This document shows positions 60,857-64,000 of a stretch of DNA of 64,000 nucleotides, one piece after another. Made by a program: the position numbers and the translations under genes. The notes below the pieces were generated by a model. It ran no database searches, was not told the DNA's origin, and worked only from the letters and a program-made list of their open reading frames with translations. The first letter of the stretch is position 1. Every line of letters begins with the position of its first letter. Source of the stretch: Azolla caroliniana (Eukaryota > Plantae > Polypodiophyta); assembly GCA_043228905.1 (NCBI GenBank), contig JBHGNT010000014.1, forward strand, positions 4,774,001-4,838,000, written 5' to 3'.

Positions 60857-61131
60857 CTATACAAATGCATAAGCTTGATGCAATCTCGTTGTATCATTAG
60901 ACTTCACCACTTGAATGAGTCTATCGCTATGCTGGTGGAAAGAAATATGATGACTTACACATATCACTTGGATGCCTTTAGCCACCATCACTTCTTTAAT
61001 GAGTTTTGCTACTCGATTCTGGTTTTCTTCATCTAAAGCTGCATCTATTTCATCCATCAAATACACTGGACTTTGCCCAAACGCAACCACAGTCAATAAG
61101 AAGGCCAAACTTATCAGTGTTCTTTGTCCAC
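60857..61131 (-). CDS. Terminal exon of an SMC-family ABC-type ATPase (C-terminal head)
   Basis: After acceptor tttatAG (61132-61133) the frame reads (G)GQRTLISLAFLLTVVAFGQSPVYLMDEIDAALDEENQNRVAKLIKEVMVAKGIQVICVSHH...DRLIQV..stop. This covers the signature end, Walker B, D-loop and switch. No upstream exon was recognised in the window. Confidence 0.85.
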
Positions 61132-61143
61132 CTATAAATAATA

Positions 61144-61202
<59 letters not shown>

Positions 61203-61210
<8 letters not shown>

Positions 61211-62252
61211 TAGATGGAATGAATGTGCTACACGTCGCTTAGAGGCGGGCAAACGAGCATACTATGCATTTGAGAACACATGCAATCTTGGAGATATTAA
61301 GTGTTGGGTCCTCAAGAAATATCTTTTCGACACTTTGGTGACACCGGTTCTTCTCTATGGGGTGGAAGTATGGGGTGGTAGCCTACCTAAATCTATGTGG
61401 AAAGAGTTTGAAAATGTCCAAAAACTTTTTCTTACAATGTTTCTACAAGCTAAGAAACAAACGCCCTACACCCTCCTCCTTGAGACGAGATCGCTTCCCA
61501 TTGAGATCATGGCCATGGAAAGGGTTGTTGAATACATGCTTAAGGTTCAAAAACGTCCCTCACATTGACTTCTTAGAATTGCGTGGGAAGCAAGCAAAAA
61601 GATCCAAAAGACGCATAAAAGCAAAATTTTATGTTCCGGTTGGATGCAAGACATAGAAAAATGGTTTGGTAGATGGGATGCGAGACACTTGCTTCATGAT
61701 GCATCATTAGATTCCTCTGTAAATGAGGCCTTTTTGCAACGCCAATGTATCATGGCATGAGACAAATGTGGAGGCTCGCGCTTCACACATTATACTACAC
61801 ATGTCGCACCTAACTACAAAAAACCATATTCTTTGCGGAACGAGGAAATCATACACATCAATACATGTTAGAGCCCATACCGTTATCTGCCATTCGAACC
61901 ATTGCTTCCATGCGACTTAGCTCACATGCATTGCAATGTGAAACAGGGCGTTGGGGCACAAGTGATGAGAGTGGTCGACATGCACAATTTGCCCTAAACA
62001 AGTTCGCGAGTCTGAGTATCACACTTTGATACAATGCTCTGCCTTTGATCATATTCGACCATGCTTTCCACATCTCTTCGACCGAGCCCAATCTTTGCAT
62101 AAATTCCTCACAACCACAATGTGCACTCTCGATTGCAACATTCATTGGTAAAGTTCTTGAACATCGAGAGTCACTACTCACTTTCACACGTATCACGTGA
62201 AATGTAATATTTTTGGTCTCATAGGTCATATTTAACCTCTGAACACGATAAT

Positions 62253-62256
<4 letters not shown>
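61203..62256 (+). mobile_element. 5'-truncated copy of the RTEX-like LINE, flanked by (CT)n on both sides, in the SMC-like gene intron
   Basis: Matches about 45042-46094. (CT)n at 61147-61204 and 62257-62310. Confidence 0.9.
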
Positions 62257-62312
<56 letters not shown>

Positions 62313-62315
62313 CAA

Positions 62316-62668
62316 TCAAATGCATTGCGATTTGAGACGGGGCATTGGGGCAAAAGTGATGAGAGTGGTCGGCTATGCACACTTTGCCCTAAACAAGTTC
62401 GAGAGTCTGAGTATCACACTTTGATACAATGCTCTGCCTTTGATCATATTCGACCATGCTTTCCACATATCTTCGACCAAGCCCAATCCTTCCACAAATT
62501 TCTCTCACAACCACAATGTGCACTCTCGATTGCAACATTCATTGGTAAAGCCCTTGAACATTGAGAGTCATTACTCACTTTCACACATATCGCGTGAAAT
62601 GTAATATTTTTGGTCTCATAGGTCATATTTGACCGCCGAAGACGATAATAGAATCTATCTATCTATCT
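62316..62668 (+). mobile_element. Second, shorter 5'-truncated LINE copy with (ATCT)4 tail
   Basis: Matches about 45757-46109. Confidence 0.85.
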
Positions 62669-62809
62669 TCTCTTCAAGTTTATTTTAGCCATAACTTGGT
62701 CATATGTGGTTTCATTTTGACAAGCTATGGCTTGAATCAAAGCTCACAACAAGACATATGATATGCTTAAGGAAGATCAATTCTATAATCAACTTAAATA
62801 GATTTCAAA

Positions 62810-63175
62810 AGTATACTTCTCGAAAGGGGGCCACAAAGTCTGGGACTATGATCAATAATGAGCCAAGATCACCAATGATTCTTGATATTAATGCAACAAA
62901 TTCAACCAATGGAGAACATGCTTATGAGTCACGTGATTTCTCTTCACAAAACTATAAACAAGCAAGGTGAAGAGATTAGGACAATAATGAAGGAGAATAC
63001 AAAACTGCAAATTGTTGTTATTAAGAATCGGGATCTTTAAGGTGAGATTCAAGAATGTAAGAAAGCTTCATAAGAAACAAATGATGTAGTCACCATGGTT
63101 TTATTGTATGCGGATGATGTAGTGCTTTTTGCGAATACTTTATGAGATGCACAAACGCTTATAAGGGCATTGGAT
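62810..63175 (+). pseudogene. Old internally deleted LINE relic (ORF1 start joined to the RT YADD region)
   Basis: Similar to 41800-42080, then to 44810-44890. Confidence 0.7.
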
Positions 63176-63176
63176 G

Positions 63177-63274
63177 AATATAAGATAGGAAAATAGAGAA
63201 GAGAGAGAAAGAAGGGTGCCGATCCACCCGATCACCCTTCTTTCTCTTTCTTCTCTATTTTCCTATCTTATATT
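63177..63274. repeat. 42-bp inverted repeat with 14-nt loop
   Basis: Arms 63177-63218 and 63233-63274 are complementary except one position (G:U on the plus strand). Confidence 0.9.
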
Positions 63275-64000
63275 TGCTTATCTTTTGCTTAAACTAGGAT
63301 TAAGCTCTAACATAAGATGATGAGATTGAGAGAATAGGAGAGAGTGAGAATAATGGGAATGGTTACAAATGAGGAGTGGTCCTCCTTATATAGGCCAAAT
63401 ATGAGCGTTGGGACTAGCCATTGGGGCTAACCATTGGGCTAGCCCTTGCGTGGTTCCCTTGGAACTACCCGTTGGGACTAGATTGTCCCAACCCAAGGTG
63501 GCGCCTTCTTTGGGATTAGGATTGGCCCCCTTGGTGAGTCCCAACTCAAGTTGGGACTATGTCCAAGTTGGGACAACCTAGGTACATCACAATTTTGTAG
63601 TTTGAATGAGATCCTTGTGCAAGATTCCACTCAGCATTTAAAGCTCTTCTTCTAAGAGCATATTCTATGTATCTTGGATAGCACATGTGTGTGAGTGTGC
63701 ACTCCACCTTGTATATTCTTTTAAGTGGTAGGCTCTTGTTTTGCACAACTGCTTCTACTTCTTTAATCCCTCCTATTTGTTAAACCCCATAATTGTTTTT
63801 AGTTTCTATATCTCTCTACCTTTAGATAATTCAGAAAACCGTCATTCTATCTTCTACTTCCTAACAATGCTCATTCCCAACAATCCCGAGGGATTTCAAA
63901 ACCACCTAGATGTTCTCTATGTTTCTCCAAAAGCTTGGTTAACCTAAACATGTGCATGCCGTGGGGTACTAGAGAGACAATGCACACATATCAGTTTGTG

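Noticed and set aside
60857-61131. Assigning a gene symbol such as SMC2 or SMC3
   Set aside because: Motifs do not match either consensus cleanly and only one exon is visible.
60972-61568. 198-aa ORF with a poly-SL tract
   Set aside because: It reads through the antisense of the SMC-like exon, the (CT)n tract and a truncated LINE ORF2.

Overview
This is a eukaryotic, retrotransposon-dense window, most likely from a non-seed land plant such as a fern. That origin is inferred from the mix of Tnt1-like Copia elements, fungal-type Tcn1/sushi-like chromoviruses and an RTEX-like LINE. Almost all recognisable sequence is nested retroelements. One degenerate Copia (4802-29527) was split by successive insertions, most with readable target-site duplications (TSDs). 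The window also holds an intact young Copia (32466-38040), a young chromovirus with identical LTRs (46157-51837) and a full-length LINE inside a (CT)n tract. The only host gene seen is the last exon of an atypical SMC-family ATPase (minus strand, 60857-61131). Top leads: (1) two chromovirus families have no tRNA primer site and instead carry co-varying complements of their own predicted mRNA 5' end (Tf1-type self-priming); (2) one of them has a large heat-shock-element array and a conserved -1 frameshift hairpin; (3) the LINE appears to target (CT)n microsatellites; (4) the SMC head has a prokaryote-like His switch; (5) one Copia family is strongly enriched in CCGG. All coordinates and alignments were read by eye; no searches were run.
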